Positions 17,908 through 28,530 of a DNA stretch of 64,000 nt are shown piece by piece (within the stretch, counting starts at the first letter, position 1; each line of letters begins with the position of its first letter). The notes under the pieces are model-generated. The model searched no databases, had not been told where the DNA came from, and worked only from the letters and a program-made list of their open reading frames with translations. The stretch is from a virus. The stretch is taken from IMG/VR virus record IMGVR_UViG_3300028388_001496, positions 15,317 through 79,316 of that record; one strand, 5' to 3'. The position numbers and the translations under genes are program-made.

Positions 17908-18697
17908 CGTAATGTACCAACTCTATATTAAAGAGTTGTCAGATAAGATTGAGAAGGCTGATAAGGAGATAGGCAAGCTTCAAATAGAACGTGAAAAGGT
18001 TCTGAAGCTATTATCTAAATATGAGATAGCCATTAACCAATCTTATGTAGTTCGTTTTAAAGAGCTTATTAAAATCACTACATTACGAGAATTTAGACAA
18101 GTATTAAATTCAAATAAGAATAAGATTATTCCTATTTACTTTGAAAGATTGATAAGAGTTAATAGGAATATTGCTGTATTAACTTATCAACGTAAAAAAG
18201 CAGAAAAACAAATAATTTCTTATAAAGTTTATAAGGAAATTTGCTATAAATTCAATCAAAAGATAGTTGATGCTATAGTATATAAAAATTACTATTTTAC
18301 TCCTAATAGATATTTTGGTGGTGTAGGCATTATAAGGAGAGAAGAAGTTAATCCTAAAGTTAATTGGGGTAAAAGTAATAGAAAAAGAAAAGAATTAGAA
18401 AGTAAAGGTCTTACTCCTTACAAACAAGCAGATGCTGAAGCTGCTGCTGCAAGAGGAGAAGATTATGATGGTATAGAGTGGCTAGTTTATTTACCTACTG
18501 TTAATTATTATTTCTACTGGTTTAAGAATAAAGATCAATATCAATTTTTACCATTGGTTAAAGATTATAAATTCACACCAGCTCGAAGAAGAACTCCTGA
18601 TCTTCCTAGTCCTGTAAGAAAATTACAGGAAGTTAAAGAAGATCGTACTAGAGCTGCTGCTTTATATAATCGAAAACCTGTTCAGAATGGTAACTAG
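17891..18697 (+). CDS. Basic IHF-like protein of the crAss tail module
   Basis: Lys/Arg-rich; VNWGKS, FYW.K, YKFTP.R; lies between ring genes. Confidence 0.5.
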   Translation: MILKLNVMYQLYIKELSDKIEKADKEIGKLQIEREKVLKLLSKYEIAINQSYVVRFKELIKITTLREFRQVLNSNKNKIIPIYFERLIRVNRNIAVLTYQRKKAEKQIISYKVYKEICYKFNQKIVDAIVYKNYYFTPNRYFGGVGIIRREEVNPKVNWGKSNRKRKELESKGLTPYKQADAEAAAARGEDYDGIEWLVYLPTVNYYFYWFKNKDQYQFLPLVKDYKFTPARRRTPDLPSPVRKLQEVKEDRTRAAALYNRKPVQNGN

Positions 18698-19508
18698 CTT
18701 AGTAAGTAGTAAAGTAATAATTGGAGAAATGTTCCAGGATTTTAATATGTCTGGAACTAATTGGTTGGGGAATGTCAATAGACACCTCGCTAGAGCCTTA
18801 GAGCTGATGCGTCTGAGTGGATATTTTAAAGAAGCCCTACAAGTAGGAGAAGTTTCCGATTCAATGACTCCTGTACCCTGTGGTCTTAAAGAATTGATCG
18901 CAGTTTTAGATATTTCCAACGGTATAACCGTTTTACCTATAATGAATAGCAATTATGTAGGTAGAAAGTTTGCTGACTACTTGGGAACATCGTTAAGAAG
19001 TGGAAGCGTAAACTTTAACGCTTTACATACTAGCTTTGAAACAGGCAGAGTTGCATTTATTTATCACAAACCTCCTGTTGATGATGAAGGCTATCCTATG
19101 ATTCCTGACAATCCTGAAGTCATGGAAGCATTACCTTTTTACTTAATAATGAGATTAGGATATAGTGGTTATATCCATCCTGTAGTTACCAGACAGGAAG
19201 CAGAAGAAAAATGGGAAAGACTATTTCCTAGAGCTAGAAATAGTGTTAACTTTCCAACTATTGAAGAAATGGATCATGTGGTTTCATCTGTCGCTGATCC
19301 TTATTATGAGAGGTGGTTTAATTATGAAGTACTCTTAGGACTTGAGGCTGATCTTCCAGTTTACTTGTCTGAAGCTTATCTTGATGAAGACAATGTTGTT
19401 GTTAATATGAATGTAACTAACATAGAACAAGACGACAATATTACAGTATCTGATACTGCACCTCCAAATCCAGAACCAGGTGATATTTGGATAGATACCA
19501 ATGGCTGA
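18687..19508 (+). CDS. Tail tubular/ring protein with C-terminal fibre-docking motif
   Basis: P.DDEGYPMIPD...EA...Y motif; C-terminal VSDTAPPNPEPGDIWIDT. Confidence 0.65.
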   Translation: MVTSLVSSKVIIGEMFQDFNMSGTNWLGNVNRHLARALELMRLSGYFKEALQVGEVSDSMTPVPCGLKELIAVLDISNGITVLPIMNSNYVGRKFADYLGTSLRSGSVNFNALHTSFETGRVAFIYHKPPVDDEGYPMIPDNPEVMEALPFYLIMRLGYSGYIHPVVTRQEAEEKWERLFPRARNSVNFPTIEEMDHVVSSVADPYYERWFNYEVLLGLEADLPVYLSEAYLDEDNVVVNMNVTNIEQDDNITVSDTAPPNPEPGDIWIDTNG

Positions 19509-19785
19509 TGATAAACAATATAGTAAGATAGGTATATTCTTTGCTAGAAATTGGCAATGGATTATCGCTATTACTATTAGTGCTATTGGTGCATATTCTC
19601 AGTATGAATTACTACATTATCAAGTTGAACGTAATACTAACAGGTTACAAACTTGGATAGAAAGACAAGAAAAACATAATGAAAGTAGTAATGCTATACA
19701 CTTAAAGGAAGCTCTTGAAATAGCTACTTTAAAACAACAGATTAAATATTTAGAAGAAGAAGTTAATAATTTAAAACAAAAATGA
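19501..19785 (+). CDS. TM + coiled-coil protein
   Basis: WIIAITISAIGAY TM followed by heptad region. Confidence 0.55.
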   Translation: MADDKQYSKIGIFFARNWQWIIAITISAIGAYSQYELLHYQVERNTNRLQTWIERQEKHNESSNAIHLKEALEIATLKQQIKYLEEEVNNLKQK

Positions 19786-19786
19786 A

Positions 19787-20194
19787 ATGGCTGATATTAA
19801 GTATAATCAATTTAAAGTCGATCTCCTAAAGGGAGTACATAATTTAGAAACAGCATCTGGTTATAAACTAGCACTATTTACTGCTAGTCATACACCTGCT
19901 GCTACTGATACTCTATATTCTGGACTTACTGGTGAAGTAGCTAATGGAAATGGATATACTACCGGAGGTGCTACTGTAACTGGTGTAGCTGTAACAGATA
20001 ATGCTGGTACTGCTGAAGTAGATGCAACTGACGTTACTTGGACAAGTTCAACTATTACTGCTCGTTATGCAATTTTGTATAAAGTTGCTGATAGTAAACT
20101 TGTATGTCTTTGGGATTTTTCTACTGATCAAAGTTCTAGTAATGGTGACTTTACTGTTCAGTTCAATGCTAGTGGTCTATTGAACTTAACATAA
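19787..20194 (+). CDS. Small fibre subunit protein
   Basis: KLAL...EV.NGNGYTTGG...DVTW...ITARYAILY...DF...S.NGDFT, a widespread phage fibre-associated family. Confidence 0.65.
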   Translation: MADIKYNQFKVDLLKGVHNLETASGYKLALFTASHTPAATDTLYSGLTGEVANGNGYTTGGATVTGVAVTDNAGTAEVDATDVTWTSSTITARYAILYKVADSKLVCLWDFSTDQSSSNGDFTVQFNASGLLNLT

Positions 20195-20215
20195 TAGTAT
20201 GAGTAAATAACAATA

Positions 20216-20245
20216 GGCCGGTAGGACATTATGTTCTTACCGGCC
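20216..20245 (+). promoter_or_regulatory. GC-rich intergenic hairpin without U-tract (attenuator/stabiliser)
   Basis: ggccggtaggacat...atgttcttaccggcc between the small subunit gene and the long fibre gene. Confidence 0.6.
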
Positions 20246-20259
20246 ATTGTATATAAGAT

Positions 20260-23200
20260 ATGGCTAACCGAGATAGATATTTCAATTCTACTATTACTGC
20301 TACCATTGCCAATCCAGGCAATGCTTTAGGAGCCCCTGACGGTACGGTAGCTGGTACTGCTGACAAAACAGCCGTATCTGGTAATTGGGATTTCTCGGTT
20401 GAAGCTGTAGGAACATATACAGGAGATCATACAATTGTTTTAACGGTAGGTAAAAATGCTTCAGGAGGTGGTGACGCTACTCTTGATTCCGTTGTTATTG
20501 ATGTAAACGGTTCTCCCGTAACACCTACCTCCGCACCTACGCTTCCATTAACGCTTACCGGAGATCCTGCCGGAACATTAGACACAGCCACATTTGTAGT
20601 TGCCAATGCTGATATAGCCCCAGGCGACACCCTTGATATTACAATAGGTGGTACAGGTGGCGGTGGTGGTCCGAACGAGCGTGGTTTTGTACTTGACGGT
20701 GCTACATGGACTGTAGATTACAGTACGGGTAGTAATGTAACTCCTCAAGTAGGTGTACAAAGTTTTACCCTTACCCAGCAAGCTGTTACTGTTGATACTG
20801 TATTTAATCAAACAGTTGTTGTAGGCATACAGTCTATTACTATTGAAGCAAAACATAGTTATGTAAATGAGTATTATCAAACTCCAAGCCCAATAAATGC
20901 TTATGAAGAAACCAATGAAGTATCTACAATAGGAGGTACTGTTACAACTGAAGAATCTGTTGCTGAAACAGGCGGTGGTAGTTCTTATGTTCTTTCAAAA
21001 GGAACACAAGCAGGTGCTGCATACTTTGGAATAACAAATAACATAGGTGGACAAAAGATGCCAGTTGGCTGGTATGAAATAACTATCAAATTATCATTTA
21101 TAAGTAGTATTGGTGACGTTGCTCTTTATGGTTCTCAAGGTGATCGTTTTGTATATGAAGCTGATGGAATTCCTTGGGGAGTTGGAGAAGCATTTAAAGA
21201 TGGTACATGGCATACGCTAACTAGTTATAACTACTATGAAGGATATGTTGGAACTAACGATGGTAGTTATCGTGTTTGGTTCGATTCTGAAACCTTAACT
21301 GGAGATACGTTATATCTGGATCAGTTTAGTATTAAACCGTTATTTCCAGTTTATTCAGCTAACAATCTTTATACACCAGCAAATGCACTTAATGCTGATA
21401 ATATTTCTTTTACACTTGGAAATATAACAGATCAAACTAATGATACAAGTGATCTTAGTGTTGTAAAAAAAGACACCCCTTCTCAATATCCTACTTCCCC
21501 TTATTCAGTAAGATTAAACACTACAGCTAGTCAATATGAACGTATAGAAATACAATTAGCTTTAGACGGTGTTACACTAGATACTTCTAAAAATTACATA
21601 GTAAAAGTTTGGTATAAAAGAGTTGTAGGAGCTACGACAACTGGAAATGGATTCTCTTTTGCTGTTAGAACCAGTGGTGGAAATAGTAGCGCCGCTACAG
21701 GTGATGGAGCGTTTGAAACAATCACAGAAGCTAATACTGGTACTTGGACACAATGGACTTCTTCAGCATGGTCTCCCACTGAAACACAACCTGATCTTTG
21801 GTTTGTAGGATCTTGGAATGAAGCAGTAACTGCTGATGATTTTTATATTACCAACCTTGAAATACTAGAAGCTTCAGTTGATGTAACTGTTGTTTTAGGC
21901 GTACAGTCTATTACACTTACACAACAAACTGTTAATGTATTTACTCAGGACGATTCAATACTTGTTACTGATCCGGTTTTATATTTACGTCCATCTACTA
22001 TCGACCCAGATGTTACGATAGATGGAAATGCTCTTTCTGATACAGGAGAACCGGCGTGGGCTGATAGATCTTCTAATGGTTTAACAACCACAATGATTGG
22101 AACTAATCCTCTTGCTCTTAATATTGACGCTTCAGCTGGAAGACAAGTAACTTTCGATGGGACAAATGGATTAGATATAAGTGATGATGCATCAATTGAT
22201 TTTACTCCTGGTACAGATGAATTTAGTTTAGTATTAAGAGAAGGATCAGATGATACAGCTCAAGGTTATTGGATAGCAAAAGCAGACGATGCAGATACTG
22301 GTAGACAATACACTGCTGTTATAAGAAATACTACATTAAGAGTTGTAATAGGAGGAACTGAACAAATAGCAACAGTTCCTGCTGGTCCCAATAGATTAGT
22401 TATTCTCAATGTTTCAACTACAGGTGTTGATGCCTGGGTAGACGGAACTCAATATTTAACAGCTGCTTCTATAGGAACTAATACTGCTACAAATTCTTTG
22501 AATGTAGGTTGTCGAACAGATGCTGCTGGTGGTCAAATGATTGGTGATCTTGACATAGTTGCTATTATTCCAAAAGTCATTTCCACCGCTGAACGGGAGG
22601 CTATTGAGGCAGAATTTCAAATTAATGGAGGTAATCAAACAGTAAATTTAGGAGTACAGTCTATTACTTTAACCCAGCAATCTGTTACTGTAAATACAGA
22701 CTGGGTAACTACTATAGGGATACAATCTTATAGTCTTTCTGTATTAGCAGCTACAGTTAATACTGATTGGACTACTATAGTTGGTATTCAATCCTATACT
22801 TTATCTGTATTATCGGCTACTGCTTCTCTTGGTAATACATCTGTTGTAGCTCTACAAACATATAATTTAAGTGTATTATCTTCTACTGCTAATCTTGATT
22901 GGGTAAATGTTGTAGAAATACAATCTTATAATCTTACTCAAGTAAGTGTAACTACTGTAGAAGGTACTGGAGTTAATGTTGCTACAGCGATTCAATCTTT
23001 TAGTTTATCTGTATTATAGTTAACTCAGATTGTGTTGTTACAGTTAACTTACAATTTTATACATTATCTATATTAAGTGCTACGGTTGTAGAAGGTACAG
23101 GAGTTAGTGTATCCACTAATCTTCAATCTTATACCTTATCAGTACAATCTGTTACTACTAATTATGATTGGGTTGAAATAGTAGGTATTCAATCTTATAC

Positions 23201-24776
23201 ACTTTCAGTAAGTTCTTCTACGATAGTAACTGAAGAAACAGCACTTGTAGGAGTTGCAGTACAAAATTATACATTAAATGTACTTGCTGCTACAGTATCT
23301 ACTGCATCAGTTACTACAGTAGTTGTAGGAATACAATCTTATTCTCTTAGTGTTTTAGGTGTTACAGTTAATACTGGAACAACTTATACAGCAGGAGTTC
23401 AATCATACTCTCTGAGTATCCAGCCGGTAACAGTAAATACCGGAACAGGTGTAACTGCCAACCTTGCAGTACAATCATATACGTTAACTGTAAATGCTAT
23501 CTCGGTTAACACTGCTTCAAATGTATCTGTTGAGGTTAATCTTCAAAGTTATACCTTATCTCTTCTCTCAGCTACTGTTTCCGAAGGAACTGGTGTTGTA
23601 GCTAGTGCAGGACTACAAAGTTATACTTTAACTGTACAACCTGTAACAACTAATGTGGAGGTTGTTGTTACAGTTTCTACAAATGTACTTTCTTATAGTC
23701 TATCTGTACTTGGTGTAACAGTTAATACAACATCTAGTGTTACTGTATCGGCTGGATTACAATCTTATGCATTAGTTCAACAAGCAGCTAGTGTAGTAGC
23801 AGGAGGATCTATTTCTGTTGGTCTTTCTTTACAAACTTATACTTTAAGTGTACAAAGTGTTATAGTTAATCTTGATTATGTAGTAGCTACTAACACACAA
23901 GCGTACACATTATCTTTACCGGCTCCTACTATTGTTAGAGATGCAAATGTAGCTATTAATGTAATTAATTATACTCTTTTAGTACAATCTGCTACTGTTG
24001 TATCAGCAGGTAATGTTGTTGTTGCTATAGGAGTACAATCGTTTACTTTATCAGTACAATCTGTTACTGTTGCTACTACAACCAACATAAGTATAGTAAT
24101 TGCAATTCAGTCTTATAGTTTATCTACACAAGCTGTAACTACTAGTCTTGGTACAGGTGATACTGTAGCAGTTGCAGTTCAAAGTTTTAGTTTAAGTGTT
24201 CAATCTGTAACAGTATTAGCAGTAGTTAATACTAGTATATCAGTTGCAATACAAAGCTATTCTTTAACTGTAAATCCTGTTATTATTGCTGCTGGGGGTA
24301 ATATCTCAGTAGGAGTAGCTATACAAACCTTTTCTTTATCTGTAATAAGTGTTACAGTTGCTACTGTTTCTAATGAAACTGTAGTAGTAGGAATACAATC
24401 ATACAGTCTTTCAGTACAAGCAGTATCTGTAGTAGTTGGTGGTAGTATTGCGGTTTCAGTTGGATTACAGTCTTATTCCTTAAATATACAGCCTGCTTCT
24501 GTTATACTTAACACAAATAATACTATCTTAGCAGGAGTACAGTCTTACGCACTTTCTGTAAATACTGTAACTGTTAATGTAGAGTTTGGAGTATCTGTTA
24601 GTCTAGCTGCATTAGGATATACTTTACAAGTTGAATCTATAGTTTTTCCTGGAGCAACTGTAAAAGTTTGGTTGAACAATCAATGGGTTTCTGGAGAAGT
24701 AAAAGTGTGGAAAGATAATCAATGGATTACAGGAACTATTAAAGTTCGGCAAGGAAATGAATGGATAACAACATAA
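20260..24776 (+). CDS. Long fibre protein (~1500 aa; CBM-like x2, LamG, ~32 beta repeats), frameshifted near 23016
   Basis: ORF 20260-23019 stops mid-repeat; the -1 frame is open from 23004 to 24776 and continues the same QSYxLSV repeats. Confidence 0.8.
22636..24650 (+). repeat. ~29 tandem 24-26 aa repeats (consensus vgiQSYtLsVqsvtV)
   Basis: Counted in translation: 6 before and 23 after the frameshift; 3 more copies upstream between globular domains. Confidence 0.85.
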
Positions 24777-24780
24777 TGAT

Positions 24781-27700
24781 ATGAAAAATTTTGGAGGACT
24801 TATTACCGATACATTGCCTATCAATCTTCCTCCCGGAAATTGGTTGAAGGCTCGTAATATCATTAAGAATAAAAAACTTGATGCTGTTAGTAATGAGTAT
24901 GCACATACATTATTTACCAATCAGTCTGCTATTTATTTAGGAGAAGTCAGTACTGCAAAAGATATTGTATTTTTTGGTGTATCCTCTACTGGTAACAGTC
25001 TGATATACAGGCAACGATTAGGTGATGATGTTAATCCAATAGAAAAGGTATTTGATAGTGCATATCTAGGATTTAATAAAAGTCGTCCTATAGAAGGTAT
25101 TGCTGTTTACAACTATCTCGATGAATTGATTATAGCATTTTGTGATGGAATTTTTGAGGATAGTAATTCTCCAAAAGTTATTAATATTGATAATCCTCCT
25201 GTAGAACTTGATGCTAATAAAGAACTTGTAACTCCAGCTAATGTTAATAGGCTGGAAATGTTTCCAGATGTACAAGAAGCAAATATTAATCTTAGTTACT
25301 TAGAATCTGGTGATATTGATGGTTTATTTGCTTATGTAACTTATTGCTATGTTTTCAAAGACGGCAGTACTACAGCTTACTTCCCTGTAAGTAATGTTGC
25401 TTATCTAGGAGAGGGGGTTGATCCAGTTAATAGACGAGGTATGCGTCTTGGATTTTCTGGATTAGATTCTAGCTTTAGCAAACTGAGGATCGGTTTAGTC
25501 GTAGTTAACGATTCAAATCTGGTAGGTTATGAAAGTTATGACATATCATATACTGGAACAGCTAAGACAATTGACGTTAGTACTCTATCTAACTTTGAAA
25601 GTACTGCCGCTGAAAACATAGTACTTAATAAAATAGTGTTTGACAAATTTGAAACTATAACTAAACAAAATAATAGAGTTGTAGTTGGTAAATATACTAT
25701 TAAACCTAGAGTACCGTTACAAAAGTATTTTTGTAATCTAACACTTTCTCCTTATTTATATCTTGGTGATAGATCTACTCCAGGTTTGATGCCTGATGAA
25801 GTATATTCTTTTTATGGTCAAGTTCAATGGAAAGATGGTAGTTATTCTGAAGCGTTTCATATACCTAACAGAGTAGCTCAAGTAGGAACTGATGCTCCTG
25901 ATGCTGCTTTTATTAGTGAGTGGGGTTTAGATTGGTTAGATCAATATCCAAGTGTAGATTGGAGAGAATTTCATTTCTACAATAGAGGTAGAGTAAGTTC
26001 TAATAACACAGGAACCCGTTATTTTGGTGTTTGGCAAAATACTTCAGAATACTATCCCAATGATGAGGAATATGATGGTAGCGAAGATTATAATGGTAGT
26101 AATATCCCAGGAGGAACAGATTTAAGAAATCAACCTATTAGGTATCATAGAGTACCAGCTCTAAACGAGATTGCCAGAAATTCCGGATATGTACCTAATA
26201 CCTTTTATACTGATCCTAAGCAATTCTGGAAAGTAGGTGTATCTGTAATGAATTTCGCCGATGCTTTTCCATCAGAAATTAGGGATCAAATTCAAGGGTA
26301 TCGTATTTGTTTTGTAAAACGTGATATTGGTAATAGTCTTGTAAGTGGTAATTGGTTTGCTACTAGAAGAGGAGATTTAGAATGGTCTCAAGGTGCTACT
26401 GATATTACTTATGAATATTATAATTTTAATTATAATGAAAGTACTTATGATACTAGAGTTAGTCAGCCTGATATAAGATTTGACAATCTTAGGCTTATTA
26501 GTCCTGAATTATTTAAGACTAGACCTAATTTAGATCTTACTTTTATAAAGACTAATTATCTTTTTTCTGCACAAACTCAAAGTCCTCAATTATTATTTGC
26601 TGATAATAATGAACTTCATGCTCCTACTTATGAAGGACTTACATATAGACCTGGAAATAATCTTGCAGCAAGTACTCAGTACTTAGAAGAAGGAGTTAAT
26701 TTAGATACAGGTAAAACAGATTATTTAAAAAGTCTATTTACTAACACTCCTACTAATGCTATAAATTTCGAGAGATTTTATATGGCTAATGTATCTGGTA
26801 TTAGCTTTAAAAATAATGTATATCCTGGATTTAAAAGTGCTGATTTAGTTGTATTAGGACGTACTAGCACACTTAATTCAGTCGTTGATTTTAAAGGCGG
26901 AGATGTATTTAACGACAATCAAGCTGATATGCATATTCACTATGCTTCTTTTGAAGCTATAGGAAATGATGCTAGAATTATTGTTGCTAGATATTATCAA
27001 TACTTAACATTACATGGATTATATTCTCCTATTAATGGATCATTAATTGAAAATGATGAACCTACTAGAAAAGATGAAGACTTTACTATAGGTGATAATG
27101 AAGAGCCTGATCGAATTAATGAAGAGTATTATTTTACTAATGATTATGACTTTGATGTTAAGAATGAAGATGATTTAAGCAAACTAAATGACATCAATAC
27201 TATACTTACTTTTGAACCTGATAGTCAGTTTATTGATACATTTTTGTATCGTTTTCATAGAGGTATTTCTATTGGTAAGGAAACATTGAATACGTCTGGT
27301 TTGCGTACCTTCTTGTCCGACGAATACTACGAAGTGGCGAACGATAGGGGCGATCTGGTAGCCCTTCGTGGGTCGGACAGGGTTTTATACATTCAGTATG
27401 AGAACTCTTTATATGTGGCAGTTCTGAAAGATATTTTGAGAGCAAACAATGTGGATGCTTATCTTGGAGAACCTGATATTTTAGAACGTACTCCACAAGA
27501 AGTTTTACCTGATAGTAAAGGTACTATTAGTTCTGTATCTAAAATGTCATGTAAAGTTATTAAAGGAATGTATATAGCTCTTAATGCTATAGATGGTCAA
27601 ATATATATTGTAAGTAATAGTGCTAAAGAAATTACTAGACTTGGTAATAGAAACTGGTTTAATAAAAATTGGGATATAGGATTGACTTACTATAATACCC

Positions 27701-28527
27701 ATCCAGTTACAGGTCGTAAAATAAGAGTGGATCATCCCTCTATTGCAGGATATTCAGTAGGTTACGATGAACGATTTGAAAGATTATTTGTAACAAAAAG
27801 ATATTTTGAGCCTACTCAAGCTGCTTACAATGAAAGCATTTATAGTTTTGATGGTAATTTTTTTAGTAATGATAGTGGCATAGTAAGTGTTTATACTTCT
27901 GGTTTATTTCAAAATAAGAGTGAAACTCTTAGTTTTAGTCTAGAAGATAATCTATGGATGTGTTGGCATGATATAGAACCTGGAGCTTATATTCATACTC
28001 CTAATAGGTTTTTAAGTGTAAAAACTGATCCAGGTCAACCTCTTTTCTATGTATTCCAACATAATGATCAAGATAATGTAGGGGTTTATCATGGTATTAG
28101 ACATGAAAGTTATGTTGATTTAGTGTTTAATGGTGATAATAGTTTTACAAAAGTTTATCAAGCAGTTAGAGTTATATCTAATGCTATAAAGGATAATGTG
28201 AACTATAAAGATGTTACCATAGATAAGATGGTAATATACAACGATAATCAATGTTCTGGTGAAATCGACTTATCTGATTTGACTAGAAATGCCAACAATG
28301 AATTTAATTTTAATGAGTTTCGTGATCTTGTAATAGATGCTCAACAGCCGATAATAAATGAAGATGGCTCGATTAACGAAAGCAATATAAATTATGACAA
28401 GTTGTGGTTTGAAAGATCGTATTTTATGAGTAAATTTATAGTGGTACGGTTAATAATGAGTAATACTGATGCTACTAATATTTACTTAACTGAGGTTAAT
28501 GTTAAAAGCGTAGTAAGTAAGCGATAA
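24781..28527 (+). CDS. Tail stabilisation/muzzle protein
   Basis: 1248 aa; GL.TD..P...P......A.N start, PDEVYSFY, IRYHRVP, TLSFS....W..WHD motifs; precedes ejection genes. Confidence 0.7.
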   Translation: MKNFGGLITDTLPINLPPGNWLKARNIIKNKKLDAVSNEYAHTLFTNQSAIYLGEVSTAKDIVFFGVSSTGNSLIYRQRLGDDVNPIEKVFDSAYLGFNKSRPIEGIAVYNYLDELIIAFCDGIFEDSNSPKVINIDNPPVELDANKELVTPANVNRLEMFPDVQEANINLSYLESGDIDGLFAYVTYCYVFKDGSTTAYFPVSNVAYLGEGVDPVNRRGMRLGFSGLDSSFSKLRIGLVVVNDSNLVGYESYDISYTGTAKTIDVSTLSNFESTAAENIVLNKIVFDKFETITKQNNRVVVGKYTIKPRVPLQKYFCNLTLSPYLYLGDRSTPGLMPDEVYSFYGQVQWKDGSYSEAFHIPNRVAQVGTDAPDAAFISEWGLDWLDQYPSVDWREFHFYNRGRVSSNNTGTRYFGVWQNTSEYYPNDEEYDGSEDYNGSNIPGGTDLRNQPIRYHRVPALNEIARNSGYVPNTFYTDPKQFWKVGVSVMNFADAFPSEIRDQIQGYRICFVKRDIGNSLVSGNWFATRRGDLEWSQGATDITYEYYNFNYNESTYDTRVSQPDIRFDNLRLISPELFKTRPNLDLTFIKTNYLFSAQTQSPQLLFADNNELHAPTYEGLTYRPGNNLAASTQYLEEGVNLDTGKTDYLKSLFTNTPTNAINFERFYMANVSGISFKNNVYPGFKSADLVVLGRTSTLNSVVDFKGGDVFNDNQADMHIHYASFEAIGNDARIIVARYYQYLTLHGLYSPINGSLIENDEPTRKDEDFTIGDNEEPDRINEEYYFTNDYDFDVKNEDDLSKLNDINTILTFEPDSQFIDTFLYRFHRGISIGKETLNTSGLRTFLSDEYYEVANDRGDLVALRGSDRVLYIQYENSLYVAVLKDILRANNVDAYLGEPDILERTPQEVLPDSKGTISSVSKMSCKVIKGMYIALNAIDGQIYIVSNSAKEITRLGNRNWFNKNWDIGLTYYNTHPVTGRKIRVDHPSIAGYSVGYDERFERLFVTKRYFEPTQAAYNESIYSFDGNFFSNDSGIVSVYTSGLFQNKSETLSFSLEDNLWMCWHDIEPGAYIHTPNRFLSVKTDPGQPLFYVFQHNDQDNVGVYHGIRHESYVDLVFNGDNSFTKVYQAVRVISNAIKDNVNYKDVTIDKMVIYNDNQCSGEIDLSDLTRNANNEFNFNEFRDLVIDAQQPIINEDGSINESNINYDKLWFERSYFMSKFIVVRLIMSNTDATNIYLTEVNVKSVVSKR

Positions 28528-28530
28528 ATT

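Noticed and set aside
23017-23019. TAG-to-Gln recoding as known in some crAss-like phages
   Set aside because: Readthrough hits TAA shortly after and the repeats continue in another frame; other genes end normally at TAG and long ORFs are intact in code 11
22636-24650. CRISPR array or non-coding repeat in the ORF gap 23020-23654
   Set aside because: Repeats are degenerate at DNA level and conserved at protein level; the gap is coding in the -1 frame
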